The position numbers and the translations under genes were made by a program. Positions 19,353 to 30,109 of a DNA stretch of 64,000 nucleotides are shown piece by piece; the first letter of the stretch is position 1; the number at the start of each line of letters is the position of its first letter. The DNA is from Nitrospirae bacterium JdFR-86. Lineage in GTDB: Bacteria > Nitrospirota > Thermodesulfovibrionia > Thermodesulfovibrionales > JdFR-86. The stretch lies in assembly GCA_002011815.1 (NCBI GenBank), contig MTOV01000004.1:115514-179513 (forward strand). Reading direction: 5' to 3'. The notes beneath the pieces were generated by a model. That model worked only from the letters and a program-made list of their open reading frames with translations, did not search any database and was not told the origin of the DNA.

Positions 19353-21287
19353 TCACTGCTTTTGCAAATCCACCCCTCTACGGAATATCTGTTCAAGTAT
19401 TTCTTTATGCATCTTGTCTGTCATTGCAAAACCTGTAACATTGGTGATTTCTCCCCAGAACGAAGCGTCTTTTTGCACATCATGGCATGCAATGCACAAA
19501 TTGACTCTCATAATCCTCTGGAGTTCTTCCTTATTAAAAGGTCTTGCACCGAAATGACTTGTTGCTTGAAGTTGTTTCCCATTGTCGTCAACAATCTGTT
19601 CAAGTTCAAAAGGGATGTCAATACCGTTTTCTGCAGCATTGTAAAAGCCTGAACCCAGTCCCATAGCTTTTCTGCTTGCATGGCAGTCTTCGCATGTTCT
19701 TGCCTTTGGCGTAACAGTATGTGGATTTACCGGGTTATGCGAGATGCCGGAAAAACCGTCATATGTAGTAAACACCATGTTATGCACAGTCGCCCTGCCA
19801 TCCTGCCCTATCTGCGTGAATATAATCTGACAGCCTGGTATAAAAGGAGATACCTTCCCCTCGGAATTAATGCCGAGAGCAGGTGTTTCCCACCTGAGAT
19901 AAGAACGGGTCTCCAGCCACTGAAATGTAGTCTTCTGTCTGTTGGCCTTCAGTCCTGCTTTTGAAGGGTCTTCTGGTATCTTTGTATTTATCCAGTCGCT
20001 TGACCTCTGTGCAAGGTTCTGCTGTACATGGCATCCATAACACTGTGGAGCCCATCTGGCATGACAGGCGTAGCATTCAAGTTTAGTCATATGCGCTTCT
20101 ATTCCCATTGCAGTCTGTGCAAGCCCTGAGCCCATTGCCACCACGTCTCTTACCTGAGGCACAATTTTTTCTTCCCCATTCAGTTTGGAAACAAGAACGA
20201 CCTTGCCATCCACCATCCTGAGGTTGTTCAAGGCATTGCCCCAGGAGGATTGGAGAATGCTGTAGGAGTCTTTAGTTCCGTGGCAGTCCTCGCATTCGAT
20301 CTCCACTGCCTGCTCTCTCTTGCTGTAGATGTTTCCGTCACCGTGGAGATCCTGTTTTGTATGGCAGTCTATGCACACCATCCCACCCTGATAATGGACA
20401 TCCGCAGTAAGATGATTGTAGTACTTGCCGTGAAGTTTCTTTCCGCCTTTTTTGCCTGCCTCTTCTGCCCATGGCGAGCCGTACCCGTCAGACTCCATAG
20501 TGCCGATATAGCTTACCCCTGTTCTTCCACCCCGGTTATGACAATGAAGGCACTGATAAACAGGTATCTTGCTGGTAATTCTGTGAACTATAGGTCTATC
20601 TTTCTGTCCCTTGGGAATAGCCTTATCCCCGCCTTCATAAACACCATCGTCACTGTAGATTACATGACATGCTGCACACCCGCTTGCCCTGTAATCACCG
20701 TCCCTTTCATGTCCAGAACTCCAGAGATGACACCTCAAGCACTGGTCTCTTAAATAATCATCGACAGGATGGTTCGTGCTGTTTACTGCAAGCAAAGGGT
20801 CATATACCGGAATTTGCTCAAGCGACAGCACAGCCCCTTTTTCAACAGGCACATAGCCATCCACATCTTTTACGTCGTAAGTGGCATAGATTGCGTTTCT
20901 CGTATCCTGAGCCGCCCATGCATACCTTGCCCCGCTTATCATGCCTGCCATTGTAGCGTGAAGAGACTTCTTTGAGTTTTTTACATCTTCTGGATGACAC
21001 GTTCCGCATGTTTCATCCACTACCCTGAAGTCAGCAGGATTTGCATACATGCCTTTATGCGCTTTATCTACGGTCTTGCCTTTAGGATTTCCCTTATGAC
21101 ACAACACACACGTAAGCTTTGACATCACAGGAGTATCAGCAATTACCTCAATCCCCTGATGACATTTTAAACACCCTGCATCCAACGGATTACTTGCCGC
21201 CTGATAGACCTCAGCCTCCACAGTAAAAGACCACAAAACAACCACTGCCACAGCAACAAACAACACAAACACCAATCTCCGGAACAT
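19353..21287 (-). CDS. Periplasmic multihaem c-type cytochrome with 12 CxxCH motifs
   Basis: Signal peptide MFRRLVFVLFVAVAVVVLWSFTVEA. Twelve CxxCH counted by hand (CLKCH, CVLCH, CGTCH, CLRCH, CAACH, CLHCH, CIDCH, CEDCH, CYACH, CYGCH, CEDCH, CIACH). Confidence 0.9.
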   Translation of the reverse strand: MFRRLVFVLFVAVAVVVLWSFTVEAEVYQAASNPLDAGCLKCHQGIEVIADTPVMSKLTCVLCHKGNPKGKTVDKAHKGMYANPADFRVVDETCGTCHPEDVKNSKKSLHATMAGMISGARYAWAAQDTRNAIYATYDVKDVDGYVPVEKGAVLSLEQIPVYDPLLAVNSTNHPVDDYLRDQCLRCHLWSSGHERDGDYRASGCAACHVIYSDDGVYEGGDKAIPKGQKDRPIVHRITSKIPVYQCLHCHNRGGRTGVSYIGTMESDGYGSPWAEEAGKKGGKKLHGKYYNHLTADVHYQGGMVCIDCHTKQDLHGDGNIYSKREQAVEIECEDCHGTKDSYSILQSSWGNALNNLRMVDGKVVLVSKLNGEEKIVPQVRDVVAMGSGLAQTAMGIEAHMTKLECYACHARWAPQCYGCHVQQNLAQRSSDWINTKIPEDPSKAGLKANRQKTTFQWLETRSYLRWETPALGINSEGKVSPFIPGCQIIFTQIGQDGRATVHNMVFTTYDGFSGISHNPVNPHTVTPKARTCEDCHASRKAMGLGSGFYNAAENGIDIPFELEQIVDDNGKQLQATSHFGARPFNKEELQRIMRVNLCIACHDVQKDASFWGEITNVTGFAMTDKMHKEILEQIFRRGVDLQKQ

Positions 21288-21454
21288 TCCCCCCTCCTGG
21301 ACTTCTTCAGAACCCGTTTACAACATTTGTTCGCTTAAAATATATCACCAGACAGGACCGAATTAAAGAAAAAAATAATTAAATATCATTACCAACGAAA
21401 ATCAATATTTTAGTATAATGCTTTTGTTGTGATTTTTAATGTTGCGGGTAAAGT

Positions 21455-22807
21455 ATGCAGACTTTAAGACTTAAAAACAACAAGTGGATTTTCCTGATAG
21501 TCCTTTTTGCCTTAATGTTCGGGCTGCTCTTTATATATGCATACAGAGAACACAAAAAGGAAATCAAAAGCGTGATGCAGACCGCTGCCACAGAAGAAGC
21601 CTTTTACATGCTGAAAAATCTGAACGACCGCCTGATTTTCATAGCAAAAGACCTGCTGGACATCTACGAAAACTCCCTGCCTGCAAGACAAAGCGAATAC
21701 TTAAGGAAGACAAAACACCTGATTGAAGCCAATCCTTTTCTACAGAGCATAAACTACATTGGCACTGACCAGCGTATTAAATTCGTCTCTCCGCTTGAAC
21801 CTAACAAGTCGGCAATAGGACTCAAGATAGAAATCGAGGCTCCAAGAGAAGCCATGGAGATGGCAGCACTTACACAAAAACCCTATCTGTCCGCACCGTT
21901 CGAGACAGTTCAGGCAGGGACAAGCTATTCCATGATGGTTCCTTATTTTAACGGCACATTCTTTGAAGTCGTGTTTAAAGCCGAAGACGTCTTTGGCAGA
22001 GGCAGTAGTTTTCGCCGCAGGGACGACATCCTCATAGAAGTGCTGGATAACTCCATCTCAGTTTTTAAATCTCCTGAATATGACAACAAACAACCTCAAA
22101 CTGCTGAATACAGGACAAATGCAGAAGGAGTATTACTCAACAGGCTTATCCACTTAAACGCCATCCCTACAGAAAGCATTCTGAAAAAGAGTGCAAAATT
22201 CTGGCGAACCCTTACCGTAGGAAGCCTCTTCATATCTTTTGCATTGTTAATTACAATCATTATCATGCAAACGCTCAACACTTCCAGACTTAGAAAAATG
22301 GAAGGGAAACTGCGTGCCATGTCCATTACAGATGAACTTACAGGTCTTCTCAACCGGCGGGGATTCTTTACCATTGCACAGCATCAGTTGAAAACAGCCC
22401 ACAGGGCAAAGAACAGCGTTTTACTGTTTTTTGCCGACCTGGACAACCTGAAAAAAATCAATGACACACTCGGACACGAAGAAGGCGACCTTGCACTGAT
22501 TGACGCTGCAAACATCCTCAGGGAAACTTTCCGCGAATCAGACATTATTGCACGTATCGGCGGAGACGAGTTTTCAATACTTTTATTGAATGCCTTTGAG
22601 TCCGCTGAGGGCGTTATTGAAACCCGCCTGCAGGATAACATCAACGCCCACAATACAAAAGGTAAACGTAATTTTAAACTTTCAATAAGCATGGGAGTCG
22701 CCTATTTTGACCCTGAAAATCCATGCTCCATTGACGAACTCCTGACACAGGCAGATGCATCAATGTATAAACGCAAGCAGAGAAAAACTGGAATCAGTGC
22801 AGCCTGA
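21455..22807 (+). CDS. Diguanylate cyclase (GGDEF) with N-terminal periplasmic sensor domain between two TM helices
   Basis: LTGLLNRRGF..DLDNLKKINDTLGHEEGD..RIGGDEFSILL are the GGDEF active-site motifs. Confidence 0.85.
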   Translation: MQTLRLKNNKWIFLIVLFALMFGLLFIYAYREHKKEIKSVMQTAATEEAFYMLKNLNDRLIFIAKDLLDIYENSLPARQSEYLRKTKHLIEANPFLQSINYIGTDQRIKFVSPLEPNKSAIGLKIEIEAPREAMEMAALTQKPYLSAPFETVQAGTSYSMMVPYFNGTFFEVVFKAEDVFGRGSSFRRRDDILIEVLDNSISVFKSPEYDNKQPQTAEYRTNAEGVLLNRLIHLNAIPTESILKKSAKFWRTLTVGSLFISFALLITIIIMQTLNTSRLRKMEGKLRAMSITDELTGLLNRRGFFTIAQHQLKTAHRAKNSVLLFFADLDNLKKINDTLGHEEGDLALIDAANILRETFRESDIIARIGGDEFSILLLNAFESAEGVIETRLQDNINAHNTKGKRNFKLSISMGVAYFDPENPCSIDELLTQADASMYKRKQRKTGISAA

Positions 22808-22898
22808 ACCCCTGTTCAGCCTTCCCTTATATCACTCGATGCCTCCTGAAGAACAAAAATAATGAGAAAAAGAAGTTTTACCCTGATAAAATGAATAT

Positions 22899-23849
22899 AT
22901 GCATCATGTAAAAGCAACGAACGAAGTTCTAAGCAACAGTTTAAAGGCACTTGAAGACAGGGTAAATTCGGTCATAAAAGGCAAAGCAAAAGTAACGAGG
23001 CTTGCCATCTGCACTCTGCTTGCCAGAGGGCACCTTTTAATAGAAGACGTTCCTGGTGTTGGAAAGACCACCCTTGCCTTCACACTTGCAAAGGCAATAA
23101 ATTGCTCTTTTCAGAGAATTCAGTTTACAAGCGATATGCTTCCCTCGGACATAATCGGCGTAAGTATCTATAATCCCGAAAGCAGGGAATTTGAGTTCAA
23201 ACAGGGTCCTCTGTTTGCAAACATTGTGCTTGCCGACGAGATAAACAGAACGACTCCGAAGACCCAGTCTGCCCTGCTTGAAGCCATGAATGAAAGACGG
23301 GTCTCGGTAGAAAGAAAAACCTACACACTTCCAGAACCTTTTATGGTAATAGCCACACAAAACCCTCTTGAATACCACGGAACGTTCCCACTGCCTGAAA
23401 GCCAATTGGACAGATTTATGCTTCACCTGAAACTCGGCTACCCTGCCCTTGAATACGAAAAAGAAGTGCTTTTTGAACGGGCAGACTTTGAGGCTATAGA
23501 GAAAGCCGGTCCTGTAATCGAGACCAGCGAGATTCTGAAGATGCAGAAAGAAATAGACAATGTCAGAATCGAACAAAGCGTCCTCGATTATCTAATGACA
23601 ATAATAACCGAGACAAGGAACAACGAAAAGATAAGGCTTGGTGCAAGCACAAGAGGCGCTCAGTTCCTGCTTAAAATCGCACAGGCAAGTGCCTACTATG
23701 AGGGAAGAGACTATATCACACCCGAAGACATAAAAGAAACCGCTCCTTATGTCCTCGGACACAGAATTATACTTAGAAGACAGACATCCATATCCGATGC
23801 AGTAAAAGTCATTGAGGAAATACTTGAAAAAACCCCTGTCCCTGTCTAA
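22899..23849 (+). CDS. MoxR-family AAA+ ATPase
   Basis: GHLLIEDVPGVGKTTLA Walker A, LADEINRTTPKTQSALLEAM Walker B/sensor. Confidence 0.9.
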   Translation: MHHVKATNEVLSNSLKALEDRVNSVIKGKAKVTRLAICTLLARGHLLIEDVPGVGKTTLAFTLAKAINCSFQRIQFTSDMLPSDIIGVSIYNPESREFEFKQGPLFANIVLADEINRTTPKTQSALLEAMNERRVSVERKTYTLPEPFMVIATQNPLEYHGTFPLPESQLDRFMLHLKLGYPALEYEKEVLFERADFEAIEKAGPVIETSEILKMQKEIDNVRIEQSVLDYLMTIITETRNNEKIRLGASTRGAQFLLKIAQASAYYEGRDYITPEDIKETAPYVLGHRIILRRQTSISDAVKVIEEILEKTPVPV

Positions 23850-23858
23850 GGTTGGGGC

Positions 23859-24863
23859 ATGAGACCCACAAGAGAAGGAAAAAGATTTCTGCTTGCCACA
23901 TTCCTGATAGGTGTTGCTGCATTCAATACAGGCAATAATCTCATATATCTTATCCTTGCAATGATGCTTTCAATCCTCGTAATCTCGGTTGTTGTACTTA
24001 ATCTGAACATGAGAAGGCTGGCTTTAAGCGTATCAGTCAGACAGCCTGTATTTGCAAAAGAGACTGCCCGGATGAATATCGCAATAACAAACAACAAAAG
24101 ACTTCTGCCATCTTATTCGCTTAGAATCAAATTGCCGTCAGGACTCAAAGGCGAAGGCTATATAGCTCATGTGCCTGCTTCAGCCACGGCTGAAGGACAT
24201 GCTGACGTCCATTTTCAAAAGCGTGGAGCATACAGTTACGGCGATTTTCTTGTCGAAAGCTCATTTCCGTTCATATTCTTTACAAAAAAGCTCAAGACGC
24301 ATGTTAAAGGCGAGATAATCGTCTATCCTGAGATAAAAGAGACAGAAGGGATTCCGGAACTTTCAGGAAATGGAATCAGTGCATACACGACAAAGCCGGG
24401 ACACGGGGAAGAACTCCTGATGATAAGAGAATTCAGATACGGTGACGATGTAAAACTCATTCACTGGAAAGCAAGTGCAAAAAGCGAAAAGCTTATGGTT
24501 AAGGAGTTTGCAGCGGAGATGCCAAAAACAGCCTCTTTGATTCTGGACGACATCAAGCCATTTAATGCAGACGCCTTTGAAAAGGCTGTCTCTTTTGCAG
24601 CGTCCCTTGCCCAAAGACTCATAAATGAAGGTTATTTCGTGCGGTTGATAACATACAGTAAAGTTCTGCCCTTTGGAAACGGCTCTGAGCACCTTTTCAA
24701 GATACTCGACATACTGGCAGTAATCAAAGAAAGCGATACCTTGGAGTATCCGCAGATAAAAGACACTGGCAGTGTAAACATCCTGATACTTAAATCCGGA
24801 AACTCGGCGCTTAAACCTCTTTCTGCCAGCTCTGACATGGTGGTCTATGCCGAAACTTTATAA
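23859..24863 (+). CDS. DUF58 domain protein (MoxR partner)
   Basis: N-terminal TM pair and the REFRYGDDVKLIHWKASAKSEKLMVKEF DUF58 motif. Confidence 0.85.
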   Translation: MRPTREGKRFLLATFLIGVAAFNTGNNLIYLILAMMLSILVISVVVLNLNMRRLALSVSVRQPVFAKETARMNIAITNNKRLLPSYSLRIKLPSGLKGEGYIAHVPASATAEGHADVHFQKRGAYSYGDFLVESSFPFIFFTKKLKTHVKGEIIVYPEIKETEGIPELSGNGISAYTTKPGHGEELLMIREFRYGDDVKLIHWKASAKSEKLMVKEFAAEMPKTASLILDDIKPFNADAFEKAVSFAASLAQRLINEGYFVRLITYSKVLPFGNGSEHLFKILDILAVIKESDTLEYPQIKDTGSVNILILKSGNSALKPLSASSDMVVYAETL

Positions 24864-26751
24864 ATCCATAACAGCACTGCTTGCCTTTACAGGCTGTATA
24901 AGCCTTGTAATTACAGGCGAACTGAACCCTGTGTTTCTTCTTCCAGGAATCGCTCTTATCCCTGGTTACTGGAGATTTCTCAAAGGCAGGCCTCCCCTGC
25001 CCAGATGGCTTATAGGAAGCCTTTCGCTGGTTGAAGTCGTGATTGTCTTTTTCGATGCATTCATTGTGTCCGGCGACTTCCTCATAGCCATAGCGCACAT
25101 GACCATCGTCTTTCAGGCATTAAAGAGCTTTGACCTGCGGGAGCCGTGGGACCCTCTTCAGGTGTTCTTCATGTCGCTTCTTCAGCTCATCATAACCTCT
25201 GAATTGACTCTTTCCATAGCTGTCGGCGGAATCTTTATTGTCTTCCTCTTTGCAATGATAGTAGCAATAGTGCTTTCCCATTTTATAAAAGAAGGGACTT
25301 TGCACAAGGTGGAGTTTAAAAAGCCGCTTGTATTTATCTCCCTCTTTGCCTTTATAGCAACTTCAGTCTTCTTTGTATCGATACCGAGGGCAAAAGGTGG
25401 GTTGTGGGGCAGGAGGACAGAAAAAGGAATCACCTTCGTAGGTTTTTCAGAAAAAGTCGATTTCGGCTCATTCGGAAATGCGCTTATAGACTCCACTATC
25501 GCCATGAGAGCCGAGGTCTCAGACAAAAGACTGCCCCTTTACTGGAAAGGCATTACACTCGATTATTTTGACGGGTTTTCATGGAAAAACACACTCAGGA
25601 AGAAAAAGCGAATCTTCTCAAAAGCTGGAAAATTCACTATCCGGTATGCAAAACCCGAAAAGCTCACCATACAGAAGATATTTATCGAGCCCATGGATAC
25701 AGCAGTGCTCTTCGGTCTCGGAGAGATTGTAGCCATAGAATCAATTGGAAGGGTGCTCTACATGGACGAGGCAGGGATACTTCTTCTCCCTGCAAAAATC
25801 AACAGAAGGTTTTCTTACACGGTTTACAGCATACCCTATTCAAGGGCGTCACCTGTAGAAAGCAAACCCGAATACCTTCAAATTCCAGATGGTATCGAAA
25901 AGATAGCCGCTCTTGCACAGCAAGTGGCAGGAAAAGCCGATACTGCCCTTGCAAAGGCTAAACTCATAGAGGCTTTCCTCAGGACAAACTATAAATATTC
26001 ACTGACCACAAAACCTACTCCTGAAGGAATAACACCCATAGAAGACTTCCTGTTTAACTCAAAGGAAGGGTTCTGCGAGCACTACGCCACTGCAATGGTT
26101 TTGATGCTAAGGTCTTTGGGAATACCTGCAAGAATAGTAACAGGCTTCCTGGGTGGAGAAGAAAACAGCTATGCAGACTACATCATAGTGAGGCAAAGCA
26201 ATGCCCACTCATGGGTAGAGGCGGCAATCGACGGCACGTGGAGAAGATTCGACCCTACACCTGCCGGGCCACCAAAAATGGCATCCCTTCTCTTCCTCTA
26301 TCTTGATGCCATGAAGATGAACTGGTACAGATATATCATAGGGTTCAGTTCAAGAGACCAGATAATGCTCCTGCGGTCTCTTACCATGCCGGTCTTCAAA
26401 ATGCCTGAAATCCCAGGGATTAAGATTACAGTAAGACCTGTATTCATCGTCATTGCAATCGCAGCGTTTACGACTCTTACAGTAGTATTTATACTCAAAA
26501 TCTCCAGGCTCAAAAGATACCCGCCTGAGACAAAACTTTATCTTAAGTTCAAAGACAGGGTAAGAAAAAAAGGCGGAAAGGTCAGCCCTTCCTCCACGCC
26601 TTCTGAAGTGATGCACGAGGCTTACAGGCTGAAAATGAATCCAGACGCTGTCTCTGAATTCATAGGGATATACAAGGAGATAAGGTTTGGGGGCAGAAAA
26701 ATGGACAGCAGAATAAAAGACAAATACAAGTCACTGTTTTCAGGTAGATAG
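24847..26751 (+). CDS. Transglutaminase-like membrane protein (TgpA/DUF3488-type)
   Basis: Multi-TM N-terminus; Cys-His-Asp core GFCEHYATAMVLMLR..NAHSWVEA..RFDPTP. Confidence 0.85.
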   Translation: MPKLYKSITALLAFTGCISLVITGELNPVFLLPGIALIPGYWRFLKGRPPLPRWLIGSLSLVEVVIVFFDAFIVSGDFLIAIAHMTIVFQALKSFDLREPWDPLQVFFMSLLQLIITSELTLSIAVGGIFIVFLFAMIVAIVLSHFIKEGTLHKVEFKKPLVFISLFAFIATSVFFVSIPRAKGGLWGRRTEKGITFVGFSEKVDFGSFGNALIDSTIAMRAEVSDKRLPLYWKGITLDYFDGFSWKNTLRKKKRIFSKAGKFTIRYAKPEKLTIQKIFIEPMDTAVLFGLGEIVAIESIGRVLYMDEAGILLLPAKINRRFSYTVYSIPYSRASPVESKPEYLQIPDGIEKIAALAQQVAGKADTALAKAKLIEAFLRTNYKYSLTTKPTPEGITPIEDFLFNSKEGFCEHYATAMVLMLRSLGIPARIVTGFLGGEENSYADYIIVRQSNAHSWVEAAIDGTWRRFDPTPAGPPKMASLLFLYLDAMKMNWYRYIIGFSSRDQIMLLRSLTMPVFKMPEIPGIKITVRPVFIVIAIAAFTTLTVVFILKISRLKRYPPETKLYLKFKDRVRKKGGKVSPSSTPSEVMHEAYRLKMNPDAVSEFIGIYKEIRFGGRKMDSRIKDKYKSLFSGR

Positions 26752-26765
26752 TCAGGATTAATTAT

Positions 26766-27425
26766 TCAGCGTCGTGTGTCCTTCCAGCCATACTCACCGA
26801 CAAGCGGGACAAACACGCATGGTGTATGGTATTCCTCAGAGAGTTTCTCTTTGTGTTTTCTGCCTTTGACGAGTCGTTGAGACAGAAAATCTCCAACCGG
26901 GATAACGATTATTCCCCCCTCAGTTAACTGTGCTGCCAGGGTCTCTGGTATATCAGGCGCTCCGGCAGTAACGAGTATTCTGTGGAAAGGAGCCTCCTCT
27001 GGCCAGCCTTTTGTTCCGTCACCAACCATAAACCGAATGTTGTCATAATCCAATGCCGTAAGCTTTTCTTTTGCCCTATCCGAAAGGTTTGCAAATCTTT
27101 CAATAGTAAACACTTCTTTTGAAAGCTCTGCCAGTATTGCTGTCTGATAGCCTGAGCCAGTGCCAATCTCAAGGACTTTCTCATCGCCTGTAAGCTCAAG
27201 AAGCTCTGTCATAACAGCGACCATGTAAGGCTGGGAAATCGTCTGCCCATCGCCTATCGGAAGTGCCATGTCATCGTATGCCTTGTCCTGCACGTATTCA
27301 TCCACAAACAGATGTCTTGGAACTTTTCTCATTACCCTGAGGAGGCGTTCGTCTTTTATGCCCCTCGGAATGAGTTGTGTTGTTACCATCAGGTCTCTGA
27401 GTTCTTGGAAATCCACGGCTCCCAC
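26766..27425 (-). CDS. pcm: Protein-L-isoaspartate O-methyltransferase
   Basis: VPRHLFV..QTISQPYMVA..VLEIGTGSGYQTA are the Pcm motifs. The true start may be a little downstream of the listed one, given the overlap with surE. Confidence 0.9.
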   Translation of the reverse strand: MGAVDFQELRDLMVTTQLIPRGIKDERLLRVMRKVPRHLFVDEYVQDKAYDDMALPIGDGQTISQPYMVAVMTELLELTGDEKVLEIGTGSGYQTAILAELSKEVFTIERFANLSDRAKEKLTALDYDNIRFMVGDGTKGWPEEAPFHRILVTAGAPDIPETLAAQLTEGGIIVIPVGDFLSQRLVKGRKHKEKLSEEYHTPCVFVPLVGEYGWKDTRR

Positions 27426-28168
27426 CGTTCTTTAAGAAAATCCAGTGCATTGTAATTTGTAAGGTCAAGGTGTATCGGAGTTATTGACACATAACCGTTC
27501 TGAACTGCGTTTATATCCGTATCCTCACCATGTTCCCAATAAGGAACTCCGCCGCCGATCCAGTAGTATTTTTCTCCCCATGGGGAGTACGTTTCATGAA
27601 TTGCACCTTCATAGATGCGTTTGCCCTGCCTTGTGAATTTCACGCCGGCAATATCCTGCACCGGCTTATTTGGAACATTGACATTAAGAAGTGTGTCATA
27701 AGGAAGGGATTGTTCAAGGATATAAGATGCCACCTTGGCAGCGACTTCTGCAGCAGTCTCGAAATAATGCACATCGCTGTCATCCACTACAAGTGATACT
27801 GCAAAAGAAGGTATATTCAGTATAGTGCCCTCTATGGCAGCGGATACAGTGCCTGAGTATGTTATATCATCCCCTAAATTTGCCCCTATGTTGATGCCTG
27901 ACACTATAAGGGTAGGTTTTTCCGGCAGTACCTTGCTCGCACCGATAGCAACGCAGTCCGTTGGAGTGCCGTTTACCGCATATATATGCTCCTTCACTTT
28001 TTGAACCCTCAGAGGCTTGTGCATTGTAAGTGAATGACTTACTGCAGACCTCTCTCTGTCAGGCGCAACCACATAAACCGTTGCAAGTCCTTTGAGCTTC
28101 TCATAAAGCGCTGTCAGCCCGGGTGAATAAATCCCATCGTCATTTGTGACAAGAACCAAAGACATCAC
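27389..28168 (-). CDS. surE: 5'/3'-nucleotidase SurE
   Basis: LVTNDDGIYSPGL..SGINIGANLGDDITYSGTVSAA are the SurE motifs. Confidence 0.9.
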   Translation of the reverse strand: MMSLVLVTNDDGIYSPGLTALYEKLKGLATVYVVAPDRERSAVSHSLTMHKPLRVQKVKEHIYAVNGTPTDCVAIGASKVLPEKPTLIVSGINIGANLGDDITYSGTVSAAIEGTILNIPSFAVSLVVDDSDVHYFETAAEVAAKVASYILEQSLPYDTLLNVNVPNKPVQDIAGVKFTRQGKRIYEGAIHETYSPWGEKYYWIGGGVPYWEHGEDTDINAVQNGYVSITPIHLDLTNYNALDFLKERWEPWISKNSET

Positions 28169-28245
28169 TTATATCATACAAAAAAACTTGCTCATATGGC
28201 TGATTTTATGCAAATATATATTTGCCCTTCAAGGAGGTTGGGGAA

Positions 28246-29283
28246 TTGACAGAACTTACTTATAAAAAAGCCGGAGTTGATATCGAAGAAGGCGAGAAAT
28301 TCGTCGACCTAATCTCCCCTCTTGTCAAAAAGACCTTCAGACCCGAAGTCATAACGGATATCGGCTCCTTCAGTGCGCTTTTCAGATTAGACATAAAGAA
28401 ATACAAAGAGCCTGTTCTTGTAAGCGGCACGGACGGCGTCGGCACAAAACTAAAAGTGGCGTTCATGGCGAACAGACATGATACAGTCGGCATTGACCTC
28501 GTCGCAATGTGCGTAAACGATATACTAACAAGCGGTGCAGAGCCCCTGTTCTTTCTCGATTATTTTGCAACAGGCAAACTTAAAAAAGAGACCGCAGTAA
28601 AAGTCATAGAAGGGATTGTCAAAGGATGCGAGGAAGCAGAATGTTCCCTTATAGGCGGAGAGACCGCAGAAATGCCGGGATTTTACTCCGAAGGAGAATA
28701 CGACCTTTCAGGATTTGCCGTCGGAGTGGTCGAAAAATCAGGCATCATTGACGGCTCTGACATTAAAGAGGGAGACGTTCTAATAGGACTCGCCTCTAAC
28801 GGCATCCACAGCAACGGGTTTTCACTCGTCAGAAAGATATTCTTTGACCTTAAAAAAATGGACATCAAACAATACGTGCCTGAAATCAAAACAACGCTTG
28901 AAGACGAACTCCTGAAGCCTACAAGGATTTATGTAAAAGCGGTAAACGCCCTGCGGGGAAAAATCAACATTAAGGGTATGGCGCATATAACAGGCGGCGG
29001 AATACCAGGAAACGTTCCAAGAATACTACCCAAGGGCATGCATGCAGCTGTCAGAGAAGGCTCATGGCACGAGCCTCCTATATTCGGTCTGATTAAAACC
29101 ATGGGTAACGTGCCTGATGAAGATATGAAAAAAACTTTTAATATGGGAATAGGTTATGTAATAATATCCTCTGAAGACTCGGCTGACACCGCAGTCTCTA
29201 TTTTAAGGGAAAACGGTTATGAGCCGTATATAATAGGTAAGATAAGGAAAGGAGGTGGTGGAGTCAAATATGTACAGGATTAA
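28246..29283 (+). CDS. purM: Phosphoribosylformylglycinamidine cyclo-ligase (AIR synthetase)
   Basis: LTYKKAGVDIEEG..SGTDGVGTKLK..DYFATGKL. I prefer the in-frame TTG at 28246, 9 nt after AAGGAGG, over the track start at 28222. Confidence 0.9.
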   Translation: MTELTYKKAGVDIEEGEKFVDLISPLVKKTFRPEVITDIGSFSALFRLDIKKYKEPVLVSGTDGVGTKLKVAFMANRHDTVGIDLVAMCVNDILTSGAEPLFFLDYFATGKLKKETAVKVIEGIVKGCEEAECSLIGGETAEMPGFYSEGEYDLSGFAVGVVEKSGIIDGSDIKEGDVLIGLASNGIHSNGFSLVRKIFFDLKKMDIKQYVPEIKTTLEDELLKPTRIYVKAVNALRGKINIKGMAHITGGGIPGNVPRILPKGMHAAVREGSWHEPPIFGLIKTMGNVPDEDMKKTFNMGIGYVIISSEDSADTAVSILRENGYEPYIIGKIRKGGGGVKYVQD

Positions 29284-30109
29284 GAAACTGTTACAGAAAT
29301 TATTTACACCTGTAACTATAATGCTTATTCCTCATACCAGCCGGAAAACCTTTCGGCTAAAGATGCCATCCATTGGAATATTTGCCTCTGTTATTATGTG
29401 CGTTATTGGCATTGTTTATATATTTTCAGTTGCCGTGGATACAATCAGATATCGAGAGATGGAGAAAACTCTCAGCTACTACGAAGAACAGTTTCTTGAC
29501 CTGAAATCAACTATAGATGCATTGAAAGTGGCGGAAAGAGACTTCCGGAGATTGTTCTCCCTCGGGTCAAAGGAAGCAGTCCTTGAGAATCTGAACCTGT
29601 CCGACAGTGGTGCAATAGAGATGGAATTACTCAAGCGCCAGATTAAAAAGACGATTGACACTGTCGGCGAGATAAAAGACTACCTCAGCCAGCAAAGGGA
29701 CTTATACAGGGCAACACCCATGGGCTGGCCTGTCACAGGATGGATTTCCTCAGGGTTTGGCAAAAGAGTTCATCCGATAAGAGGCAATAAGGACTTTCAC
29801 ACAGGTATTGACATCTCTACACAGCCAGGCAAACCCGTAAGAGTTACAGCAGACGGGATAGTAAGCTTCTCAGGCTGGAGCGGTGCAAACGGCAATCTCA
29901 TTGCAGTGGAGCACGGCTTCGGATATACAACATTCTATGCCCACAATAAAAAGAATTTAGTGAAAGTCGGACAGATAGTGAAAAGAGGTGATATCATCGC
30001 ATATGTGGGCTCTACAGGTAGTTCTACAGGTCCACACGTGCACTACGAGATATGGAAGGAAGGCAAGATTGTAAACCCCAGACCATTTCTTAAAGGGGGG
30101 AAGTGGTAA
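29270..30109 (+). CDS. M23-family metallopeptidase (membrane-anchored)
   Basis: HTGIDIS..GNLIAVEHGFGYTTFYAHN..GSTGSSTGPHVHYEI are the M23 motifs. ATG at 29270 preferred over GTG at 29255; the start is uncertain. Confidence 0.85.
   Translation: MYRIKKLLQKLFTPVTIMLIPHTSRKTFRLKMPSIGIFASVIMCVIGIVYIFSVAVDTIRYREMEKTLSYYEEQFLDLKSTIDALKVAERDFRRLFSLGSKEAVLENLNLSDSGAIEMELLKRQIKKTIDTVGEIKDYLSQQRDLYRATPMGWPVTGWISSGFGKRVHPIRGNKDFHTGIDISTQPGKPVRVTADGIVSFSGWSGANGNLIAVEHGFGYTTFYAHNKKNLVKVGQIVKRGDIIAYVGSTGSSTGPHVHYEIWKEGKIVNPRPFLKGGKW

Noticed and set aside
22899-26751. MoxR-DUF58-transglutaminase operon as a novel system
   Set aside because: It is a widespread, already catalogued gene triad, and nothing unusual is seen here.
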